DNA of 53,863 bases, filler included, from Dirinaria sp. TL-2023a (taxonomy: Eukaryota), in NCBI GenBank assembly GCA_051941275.1. It is 3 parts of 3 records of this genome, joined end to end, with 100 filler letters (N's around TTAATTAATTAA, not from the genome) between each part and the next. Parts side by side here need not be neighbours in the genome. Positions count along the whole stretch, not along the records: positions 1 to 17,929 come from JAVEBF010000407.1; positions 18,030 to 35,900 come from JAVEBF010000409.1; 1 more part is not named here. The stretch is one strand, 5' to 3'. This document shows positions 12,291 to 22,736 of the stretch, in pieces (position 1 is the first letter of the stretch; every line of letters begins with the position of its first letter). A program made the position numbers and the translations under genes. The notes beneath the pieces were generated by a model, which had not been told where the DNA came from, ran no database searches, and worked only from the letters and a program-made list of their open reading frames with translations.

Positions 12291-12638
12291 GGAGAGGTAA
12301 GCACAGCCAAGGTTGCCTGTTAGAGCTCAGTCCTACTGACAGTGTTGTCGTAGTAGCGGCTTCGGCTCCCACCAGAAGGGCATATCGTTGAGCAGCGGCA
12401 GGCATCGGCACCCTCATCGTCATCGAATACTCTCACAAAGGACGTGGAAGCCAGAGATGGTACGGGAAATACCTAGCGCTGCTAAGCACTGGAGAGGTGG
12501 GCACAGCCAAGATTGTCTGTTGGAGCGCAGTCACACTGACAGTGTTGTTGTAGCAGCAGCCTCGGAGTCTCATCAGAAAGGCATTCGTCGGGTGTTGAAG
12601 CAGCAGCAGGTTTCGGCATCCTCATCGTCATCGGATAC
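12291..12638. repeat. ~140-bp diverged direct repeat, two copies (12291-12430 and 12491-12638)
   Basis: ggagaggt..gcacagccaag.ttg.ctgtt.gagc.cagtc..actgacagtgttgt.gtag.agc.gc.tcgg...ctcatcgtcatcg.atac is present in both copies. Confidence 0.85.
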
Positions 12639-14105
12639 CCTCATGAGCCATCCCTCGCTGTCACCTCGGGAGTTTCCTAGCTCACAACCCACCTCGCTGC
12701 GTCATGAGATTTGGGACTCAACTCATCGCGTCATCCACATGAGACGCAGATCTACAACATCTGTCGGAGGTGCTTGATGTCGAGGATCGGATGGTCGGAC
12801 TGAGGAAGGGACTGCGCATACTGAACGACCGGCTCGGATCGTCATCTGCGGACCGACGGATCATACAGGCGTCGTCTGATGCGGTACGATGTCCACAAAA
12901 ATGGATATCTGCGAACGGTACGTACGATGCCATTTTGGTGCTGTCATGCTCTGAGAAGGGTCTAATCACATAATTGCCCAGACAAGCAATGCAACGCCGC
13001 ATGGATCGTTCTACCCGATCATACCCTGTGCCATACACCTTACCGCACACCTCATCCTATGCTGTGCCTCGCAATCCATGCCATCGTCAATTCGTAACGG
13101 TCTAATTTTTCGCATCGAAAGCGGTGAGGATCCCTCAAGCGGTGTTGGCTGACTGGAAATGCGCGTTGAAACGAACAGACTGAGTCGCACTTCCGGGCGG
13201 TTGTAATGTCCAGGTGATCTTCGAACAAGCTTTGCCGCTGGATCCCTTAGTCATTCGCCACACTGACTCAAACCTCCCTTGGTAAGCTTCATGCAAGTCG
13301 CTGCCGCTGTGCATGTGTTAATTGGAGCGGTAGACGCCCGGTCGTTGAGTTCACATCATGGCTCCGTAACCTCTAGCTTCATCTACCCTCCTCTATCCTC
13401 AAATATGCCTCCGCCCCTACTATATATATAAAGTTGAATATCACTAACACCGTAGCACCTAGAAAAATTGGCAGCGAAGGCCAAGACGCCTGGCACCAAC
13501 GCATATGGCCACCTGCAGGCCCATTTCACCTGATGAAGGTCGATCCGAATGCACATCTAAGGGTATCCATGCCATGTGGCTTTGAAATTGTTTAGCGCTA
13601 TGTCTCACTTGTCGCTAGAGATACAGAGTCCGACGAAGTTATATATCATGAAACCGACAAGGACTCGAGCCCACCGCCCCGTCGTCATTCAGATTCGGAG
13701 GATGCGGTGAACTGGCGGGTTTATGGGGCGCTGTTCGCATCGCTTCACCATGTGCCGTTTCCCTAATGTATCCTTCCAAAAAGTCAAAGAAAATTATCGA
13801 GTTTAAGAAGCCAGTGAATCCGTGGTCCCGGCAACGATCTCTTGCCATCATCATCCCAATTCATGGAGGAAACACTTCACGGTGAGCAAGCGCTCTCTAA
13901 TATCTCTGTGCGGGTTAGAACTCCTCGATCATCCTGTGGTTTTGTTTCTTGTCGGAGCCTTCTATTCCTGCGGTGTTTGAAGGCACCTCCTACTCAAGCG
14001 AACTTTACACTTCTTAGTCAATTTCCCAAACAATCCCGTAAACACGCCTAGGTTATGTACTTCTCCTATACGCGTAGGATTCATCAACCATGATTTGCTT
14101 CTTGA

Positions 14106-15033
14106 TCATCTGGCAATATTTGACTTTGGCGGCGTCGTCGTGCCATTATTTCTCGACTGAGCAAGGAGGGTCTTCCCGGTTCCTGGCGGCCCATGCAGAA
14201 GTATGCCTTGACTTCCTAGTCCTTCAGCAGCCAGATGTGGCAGTCGTGTGGGTATAAAGATGGCTTGCTTGATCATCTTCTTACCCTGCTCGTTACCTGA
14301 GATGGAATCCAGAGGTACGACGGTCAAAGGATCAACGATAAAGCTTTCCATCTTCGCTCTTGTTTCTGGCGCGATTAGCGTTTCTGGGGTGATGACCTTA
14401 CCCGCCAAAAATTTCAAGGCCGAGCAACACCGATCAAGCTTCGAAACTGCTGGCTGAAGTCCGGAAAGTGGTGCAATGGCTGTGCCCACGACGTAAAGGA
14501 GACGCACATTAGCATCAAATGATCCATCAGGAGCGTCTGCAATCTGCGAAGCAGGGCTCTTTCTGTGGCAATTTGAAGCAGGTTTCTCAGCGTACAAACC
14601 TTGCGCAGGATGTCGGCTGGCAGAGAACTCCTATACCCACCATGAGCGGGATGCCTGGATTGCCACAACTCCTCTAGACTGGGTTTTCGGCTGTCGAACC
14701 AAGCCTCGTGCATCTCGGCCAACTCAGGGTTACTTTGCGTAGATGCCGAGAATATGAGGAACATGTCTTGCGCATACACCTCCTTCGAAAAACCCGGCAG
14801 ACTGAGGAGCTCGCTTGGTTCAATAGCGTCGACCGGCTCAGGGATTTCGTAGGGGTTCAGCGGCTCACTGGAGTAAGTTCTTCAGCTTTCCCGACCAAAT
14901 GAAGATGGAAGATTCGTATTTACAAGGTCTTAGCTTTTTTTCCTGATGCAGTGTCACTGCTCCTTAGGGAGCGTTTAGAAGCTGGACCCTCATGCTGCTC
15001 CCCCAGACGTCTATTTGATCCTTGACCTGACAT
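14106..15033 (-). pseudogene. Truncated Vps4/katanin-clade AAA+ ATPase with unrecognised N-terminal domain
   Basis: VPLDSISGNEQGKKMIKQAIFIPTRLPHL...GILLHGPPGTGKTLLAQS is a meiotic-clade AAA N-terminal part with Walker A. Similarity ends at ~14155 with no Walker B or second region of homology. Probable introns at ~14870-14923 and 14544-14599; the first exon is frameshifted. Confidence 0.7.
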
Positions 15034-15332
15034 CGTAGTTAAGGGTGGCTATTTGTTTTGATATTTTTGTCAATAGAGCAGAAGATGATGAAAGAAGCAG
15101 AGGCACGATGGTTTATCATTCAGCACCACTAGTCCACGCTAAAACTCGGTAAAGTCGGATTTGAAATACTCTATAGACTAAAAAGCTGGCGCGATCGTCT
15201 TTATCGCTAGCTTCGTGATACCAGCTCGCACAAAATAATTGATATTTGATCTACCGAGTTACTTGATCTCTCCAACCTCACACTGTATACTCCGGTCCAA
15301 ATTGTCTTCTAATTCTGCTGACTATCTACAAA

Positions 15333-16842
15333 ATGGCAGGACGGTCAAAGCAACAAGAAGGCTACAAGCCAAGTGAGGGCAAACGAGCGCAGGGGAGAAA
15401 CCAATTTCCCGCGCAAGCTACGCAAAAAACACTGGACAAGCTGACAGGGCGTCAACGGAAAACCCAAGATAGGCACCAAAGATGGTCTGCAGGTAAGTCT
15501 CATCTATGCATTGCGTGAACAATGCTAAAGCTATACAGAGGTTTCTAAGGCGGAGCTCAGCGACTCCAGAGCGCATCAAGAGGGGAAACCGTATCAGTCC
15601 GCATTCGAGTACTCCGAAGACAAGAAGAATTCGAGATGTGTTCTTCTCGCGGAAGGTAACCACGAGGCGTTAACATTGACTCTAGTGGCGGTCAGGGAAC
15701 GCAACGATCCCAACCCAAGGATCGTTGCAGACTTCAGCATCCCGCGCGAGGGATTCGTCTACAGCATTCGCCTTTTTGACCAGTCTCGGAGCATGGACGT
15801 GCACGTGGAGTCGAAGCCAAAGACGAGGTTCGCTGCCAAAGCTCGAGCCGAGTCACGGTACTGGAAAATAGCCTTCAGAGCTCACGACGAGACGGAGCTC
15901 TACAACACCAAGAGGATGCTGCGTCGCGTGGAAAACCTGACACTTGAGATGCCTGATGAGTGGTTCAATTACCGCAACTACTTCACCAGGACCCCCAACG
16001 TGGGTAACGAAGCTGACGAGGAACAGCAGAGCAGTCAAGCCTCGGTCGAAGTTGGGCGGAATTAGGTGGATTTAGGTGGCGGTCATTCCATCACATTCAC
16101 CGGCGCTCTCGCGTCCTTCGAGTGGCTATCGCTTGAAGGACATGAAAACATTCGACAAGCCCGCTCGCTCCCAGCGGTTGAGCAGAGAGATCCCGAGGCT
16201 CCGGTTACGAGGCTCCAAGCTAGACTGGCTCAAGGCTTCTCTCATAGTCGCCTTCAATATCCCATGGAGCCAGGAAAAGGTACCAAGCATCTAGGCTGGA
16301 ATTAGTAACAGGCTGACCTTTCGCTATCAGGTGCCAAAGGTCGCAAGGCAGCCGCCAAAAGGCTGCAGAAGCTCAACCGCCGTCGGGAGCAGCGTGAAAG
16401 CGCACGGCTCACTCCTCAAGGAGCAGGGGATGAAGAAGAGGAGGAGGACATTCTGGGCGCAGCTGCAGAGATGTACGGGGAGGAAGAGGCAGATGAGGAG
16501 GCAGATCAAACGCCTAGCTCCCAAAATTCTCCGCCTCCAGCCGATAAGCGGACTGGAGATAACCAGGGAGAGGCGCCGTTAGACGGTGACAGTGACTCCA
16601 ATGCGACGGAATACGAGGTCCTCGGGATCCAAGACGATCGCGTGAACGACGATGGAGTCACTGAATATCTGATCGACTGGAAGCCAATAAATGGTAAAGA
16701 GTATGAGCCATCCTGGGAACCAGAGAGAAATGTGAGCAGTAAGGCCCTAGAGACCTACGCTTTCTACAAATCACATCCACGCAGTGCAGCGCCATCTCGT
16801 GGTAGAGGTCATGACAGAGGTCGTGGCAGGGGTAGAGCTTGA
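15333..16842 (+). CDS. Chromodomain-containing protein with acidic tract and C-terminal RG-rich tail (possibly disrupted)
   Basis: Spliced model 15333-15492, 15539-15655, 15686-16279, 16331-16842. C-terminal EYEVLGIQDDRVNDDGVTEYLIDWKPINGKEYEPSWEPERNV is a chromodomain, followed by RGRGHDRGRGRGRA. The in-frame TAG at 16063-16065 is either a premature stop or the acceptor of a 66-nt intron (16000-16065). Intron 2 is only 30 nt. Confidence 0.7.
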
Positions 16843-17929
16843 AGCAATGCTTTGGGTCAATACGTTAGTATATCTGCGCGATTAATCAATGCCGTGTTAC
16901 CTCTCCTATTGAACTTATCGATCAACTGACGTGACGATAATTGCTGAAAATACTTTCTTATCTTTTGCTCTTGATGTAACCATCAGAATTGTTGGAAATC
17001 ATCGGTACCAGGGCTCAATCAGGGTTCGGTCCGACTAGTTGTCCCGTCGTTTCCACCGCCTATTGTACTTAACCTGAGAAATCTCTGCCATAGCTTTTTC
17101 CTCCTTAATGCCATTATCATCCTACTTTGGTGCCTTCCATTGCATATATTCCAACAGGTTATGAGCCCGGAACGCGTTTATATAACGTTATTGACCTTGG
17201 GAGACGTCATCGTCAACACTATTAAGTCACAATTGTGAGATGAAGGATCTCGTTTAGAGGAGCTGCGTAGTAGAAACGAAGCTACAGACGAGGCACAGAC
17301 ACATCGCGTGGACGCGGACGACGATTCTTGCTAATGAGTGCGAGGGACAAAAGAGCAGATTGCTTCTATTGCTAAGACTAATAACTGAGAAGATCAAAAG
17401 TGTCAGGATCGATGCAGAATGTATGATCTATGCAGGTTGTTACGAGCCTGGCTCTCACTGTTGTTACCCGGATCATTTTCTACAAGGTTTTTGTGTGTGG
17501 TGTTGAGTTTTGACCTGATCGGGGTTAGCGCATCCGGAGTGGTGGTCGGTTCGGTCGATCAGGGTTCAACGCTCACACATTCATATTATGTCTGGTTCCA
17601 GTTCATAGATTTCTTTTCTTCTTCATGCTTTGTGTATTTAGTTGATAGCACCTGCATAGATCATACATTCTACATCGGTCCTGACATTACACAAAGCATC
17701 AAACCCCTTACCTCGTTTTGCAATTGTACGAGTTTCAAACAATCGCAACAACACCTGTGCCACCATCTACAATTGGACTGAACACTGTTGTTTACACACC
17801 TTATCCTTTGCCCTCGTTGCTTCGCGAGGTAATAAGAAAGAAGTACGATTTGATTGATGATATCAGCAATGGCTAGAGACGCCAACGAGAGAGCACAGGC
17901 GCAACAGACGCAAGCACATGCTCAGACTC

Positions 17930-18029
17930 NNNNNNNNNNNNNNNNNNNNNNNNNNNNNNNNNNNNNNNNNNNNTTAATTAATTAANNNNNNNNNNNNNNN
18001 NNNNNNNNNNNNNNNNNNNNNNNNNNNNN
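17930..18029. other. Assembly gap with synthetic stop-codon linker
   Basis: 44 N + TTAATTAATTAA + 44 N = exactly 100 nt. Confidence 0.97.
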
Positions 18030-18236
18030 CATATACACACAGGGCCTGAGCTAGTAGTAGACCGATAATTCAACTCTTCTCTCCTTCCATCAATCCCTGT
18101 TTTTGCTAGAAAATAGGAAAAGCCGAGGATGAAATTTAACATGCTCCACCCTACCCATCTGCCTGATTACAGATTATGCATTTTTAACAAAACCAATCTC
18201 CCTGCTCAACCATTACACTCCATCCACCAACACTAC

Positions 18237-19152
18237 TTACAAAAGCGCAAAAGCGGCCAGTCCGGCCAACAGAACGGCGCCGACGCTGGCGACCGTGTTC
18301 GTCGCGGCGCCTTTGAAGGGCACGGGTGAAGGCGAGGACGGGACGGTGGCGTTCGTCGCGTTGCCCGTGCCGTTACTGCTGAGGACGAAGCTGGCGCAGG
18401 TCAGGCGGGTGGTGTTGCTGGTGTGGATGACGATGGAGCGGTTGCCGAAGAAAGAGCCGACGCCGGCGCGGGACGAGACGTATGGGTCGACGTAGCTGTG
18501 ATAATAAATATATGAGACGATTGTACGTGTGTTGTGCGGGCGAGAGAGGCACAGGAGGTCTAGGGTTTGGAGGTCTGGGATGCAGGACTTACCTAGCAGT
18601 GAACGGGTCTGTAGTGATGTTGCCGTGCTTGCCGGCCAAGTCGCCCACCTGGCATGTCGCCGGCTGGCTCGGGTCGCAGGGTGGGATCTCGCCGCGGATA
18701 TACGGGTCCAAGTGGGCCAAGGTGGCTGTGCAATTGCCATTTGCAGGGACGGGCTGGTCGTGGATGTGGTACACTAAGGCGCGACAGAGTCAGCTACACT
18801 CCTTCCTCTAAAGCTGCGAATATAGGACCGCGTCGAGCAGCAGCTTTTGGGCCGACAGGGCAAGAAACGTACAGAAAGGTCCCAGGGCCGCACTTGGGAA
18901 GCCGTAGAAGTTGACGTTGAAAGTCACGCCGGTGCCACCGGGGGCAGTCGTGCCGGAGATAAAGCCACGGATCCCACTCGTTGCGCTGTTGGGCAGGACA
19001 GCGGTATAAGTCACACCGACGGGGTTTCCGGTCACGACGGCCGCGTTGCCGAGTTTGCCGGTCGTGCCTGGTATTACGGGGCCATCGATGGGGCCGGCGG
19101 CGGAGGCGAGGGCAAGGCTCGAGGCCAGGGTAACAATGGTTGAGTATTGCAT
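18237..19152 (-). CDS. GPI-anchored extracellular Cu-only superoxide dismutase (SOD5-like), 3 exons
   Basis: Exons 19152-18873, 18773-18593, 18495-18237. Signal peptide MQYSTIVTLASSLALASA; motifs GPFLYHIHDQPV, CTATLAHLDPY, CQVGDLAGKHG, RSIVIHTSNTTRLTCA; hydrophobic GPI signal ...VGAVLLAGLAAFALL. Confidence 0.92.
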
Positions 19153-20678
19153 TGTGATGGATAGGTGGGACTGAAAGAAGTGTTAGTGGTTCACAGGGTA
19201 GGTAGTTGAAGACGTTCAGGAGCAGGAGCGAGAATGTGGCGAATATTGTTGTGGCGAGATGTAAATCATGAAAGGTGGGCGCGTAAGTAGGCGCTGAGGA
19301 ATGGAGGCATACCAACACTGAGTGAATGTGATCCTGCAACGGCAATGACTCGACAGCGACAACGACAGTGTTTTCGCGATGGGGATGCAAAATGCAGATG
19401 GGATGCTAAGCTTGGCGTGCAATCACGAAGATGGAAAGGAAGGAGAGAAGGAAGGAGGGAAGGAGGGAGGTTGGGGTGAATAATAGTAATGGGGTCATCA
19501 GAGGTGCGTGGCCACTGGCCAAGTGCAGAGGACTGGAGCTTAACACCTGAATGGAGTTAAGGTCGTGTCGATTGCGAGCTCATGATTGGATGATGCAGCT
19601 GTCGACCTCATTTGGTGACGATGCGAAACTAAGGTAAATCAAGTCAAGACATCATCGGAGCCGGGAGGAAAAAACGGCCGTTGATTCGTTTCAGAATTCA
19701 GATTCATGGAGAATCCCCCCGCCATCACCCAACCCGCCCAGCTCATGCATCATCGTCTTCCCGAAAAAGCATCTTGGGACTGCATCTCGAAACACTGGAG
19801 TCGTAGTCTCAGTTACTGTCGACCCAGCAGAGATGCCCGACATTATCGGTCTCGACATTATTATTTAGAACATGAACAGTAGAATTCCGGCAATCCATAT
19901 ATCGATCGATTCCGTGTCCTTCAAATCCACGAACGCGTGTTGAAATTGAGAACCCCATCCGTGCCTCATCCTAGCGCTGATTCAGGAACGCGCTACTGTA
20001 ATGCCGGCAAGCCACCACCAGCACCACACCCAGATCTCGCTTCCCATCTTTCGCTCCCGTCACTCCTTCCTTCTCTCTCTGCCTGAAAACCAACCGCAGT
20101 TCCACCTGCTGCACCGCCACCCCTTCTTCACGACTGCTTCACAAAGTGTCAGATGTGGGTACGCGACCGCGACATGTTTCAGTGATCCTCTGCTGTTCTT
20201 CCGTAATGTTAATGGCCACCTCCAGTACTATCGGCAACGTGGATACTGGTCCAAAGCCCGAGTGCCGATGCTTGATGGTAATTTCCGTCCTTCCCGCGAC
20301 CTTACCAAGATGTCTGGTCGCACATATCTCAGCGGTTCCAGCTTAGCCAGGCACACCTACTTATCTCGGCCAATCTGCGTCCGCTTTCCTGGCCCGTGGA
20401 AAGCCTTGCCCGCGGCTTGGCAAGGGTTATTTGGTGATAGGGCTGTGCCAGGGTTGTACCTTCTACCACTATCTCTTGCCCTGTCTCAGAGAGTCAGAGA
20501 CTCAGAGTACCTCATATGACTGCCGCCTCCCAAAATTCCGTACCCAATCATGGCTTCATATACCGTGGGCTTCTTCTGTCCAATATGGTGCCGGGTCTTG
20601 AAGATCCAAAGGACAGGGAATGGCGCTTGTCAAATTGCTGACCGGTGATCATCTTCATCAAAGTAGATGCCGACCATC

Positions 20679-22024
20679 TCAGCCATACTTCTTTCCCCAA
20701 TCCAGGTGGACTTTCTCCGACATCCTCGAACTGAGACCAATGTGTCCAGCTTCGTCCTCTGCTCCTTCACGGACATAGTATTTAAGCCTCCCCTGCGTTT
20801 TCAGTGCATGGGCGAGTTCCTTGTCCGAGTAGGCGCACAGGTTCGGGCCCAGGTCTTCGCGCATGGCTTCTGCGATGTCGGCGATCGCTCGGTACGTGCC
20901 CATGCGCCGACCGACCCTTGTGAATTGGCTCTTCAGCTCCGTGTCCACCCAGAGGATCCACAGCCCGAAGACCCACAGGCAGTTGACACAAATCACCACC
21001 AGCACCCACTCCCCCGAAAAGCCCCATTGGTACACACCCTGCTCGGCCACGCAGTTGTAGTTCGCCGGGTCCTGCGTGTAGAAGGTCGTCTGCGAGGTGT
21101 TATGATATGACAGGTAGTCTTGGTAGAGGGTCCACGTCTTGTTTAACCCCTCGTCGTAGAAGTCATAGGTGGAATATCCCGCAGAATCATATTCTCTCCG
21201 CGAAAAGAGAATGCCTTCGAAGGAAGAGATGGAGCCGATGTCGACCAGTGTTTTGTTGGGCAGGATGAGTTCGGTTTTGATCGACCCTTCGTAACCGGAC
21301 ATGACGTCAAGGAGGCTGGGGAAGGAGGCCAGATATACGGTTGAGAGGAACAGCCAGCCGAGGATGAACTTGACGCGTAGACCGCGGATGCCGAGCAAAC
21401 CTTTCAAAATATCCCATATGCTGCCCGGGCGTGCCGAATAGAACGCGAGCGAGGTGAAAAGGTCGTACGGCACATGAACCATTTCCGCCGTCCGCATGAG
21501 CGCCGATGTGAATACATGGTACGTGAACCATGCTAACGCGAACTGGACTCCGCGGCCGGCAACCCAATTCCACACCATGTCGACAGTCTTGGCCTGTCCA
21601 AAGGACATCTTGCCGAACCGGATGTCGATACCTAAGAACGACCATTCGCCCCCTTCGAGGTATCCTGGGGGCTGGCAGGACCACGCTGGCACCTCCCCAA
21701 CATAGCTGGATAGGCCAAGTAGACCGTTACCTGCCAGTTCCCAAAGTGGTACTGGCCAGGGACCATCCACCCATCCTAGTGCTATGAGAGGCATGGCGAT
21801 GGTGACCACCATAGCGAAAAAGTATCCTACAAATTTCGCTCGGCGAGTTCTAAAAAACAACTCAGAAGGTGAACATTTTTTGATCCATGATCCACTTACT
21901 TTGTCATTCGCGGTCGCGGGTACTCCTTTGGCGGTAATTCGGCGGCGCATTTTTCCAAAATTCCGAGGCTCGAGCTGGTTGACGACGAAGACCATCTAGA
22001 AACATGGTCTTCGTGTTTCTCCAT
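20679..22024 (-). CDS. Uncharacterised multi-pass fungal membrane protein (2 exons)
   Basis: Probable ATG 22024 (MEKHEDHV...) with a 50-nt GTAAGT...TAG intron 21899-21850 joining the long ORF. Several hydrophobic segments; motifs FGKMSFGQAKTVDMVWNWVAGRGVQ, YQWGFS, MGTYRAIADIAEAM. Confidence 0.8.
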
Positions 22025-22736
22025 ATCGCTGACCCTTCGATTCTTGTGGCGCAGGGATAGACACCAACGCCGAGCCCAGGCAGCCAATTCAGCCGGTTTG
22101 GATGGAGGATCATTGGGCTATGCCACAGATTATAAAGGAATCCTGCCCGTAAGCGACAGGAACAATCGCGAGACCTGCATCATTTGCAGACGGGAAGCCT
22201 TGCATGACGATGTCAAACAAAAGCGGGACAATTATGCAATTGGTACGGATCGCTCATTGGGCATTCAAAGGGAGTGGGCTGTGCTGAGAATCAGGCAGCG
22301 GAATTGAGTATCATAAGCGCGGCTCTGCCCAAAACTAAGCATAACGTGCGAGGGACAAGTAGCTTGGTTTCCGTCTCGGTCGGGTAAATTTAACGATCAA
22401 TATCAAGCTTTAATAATAGCCTGAGATGAAACATCTGCGATGGTTGCAAGTAGGCTTCCGCGAGCCAAGACACGGCAGAGTTGGATTGCTGATCTTGGAC
22501 GGCAGCGACATTCATCGGACGCCATGTCCTCACTTATGTACAAGAAACATTATCAGTATAAATTGTGGGGGTCAGCAAAAAAATCTTAAGGAACAAAGCA
22601 TAAAACTTTGGCACGAGCGACAGCGCGAAATGAGGAGGGTATATTCGCCGAAAGCAAGCAAAGACAATCTAGGTTTCGCAAAGTTCCAGACCTGGGGAAA
22701 TATGCATCACTCAACATAATCAAAACTGTAAGGAAA

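Noticed and set aside
11364..12638. CRISPR-like array or LTR pair
   Set aside because: Fungal DNA with only 2-3 diverged copies and irregular long spacing; no TG...CA ends or internal retroelement ORFs.
16600..16780. Chromodomain as the tail of a Ty3/chromovirus integrase
   Set aside because: No RT, RNase H or integrase motifs and no LTRs; it lies in an intron-containing gene.
10300..17550. Terminal inverted repeats bounding the accessory block
   Set aside because: Only short imperfect matches (e.g. gctaacccg/ggggttagc) and no target-site duplication were found.
17974..17985. TTAATTAATTAA palindrome as a biological site (also 35945-35956)
   Set aside because: It is centred in identical N-runs, so it is a synthetic linker.
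20001..20519. 172-aa ORF as a gene
   Set aside because: No recognisable motif or typical composition; probably spurious, though not excluded.
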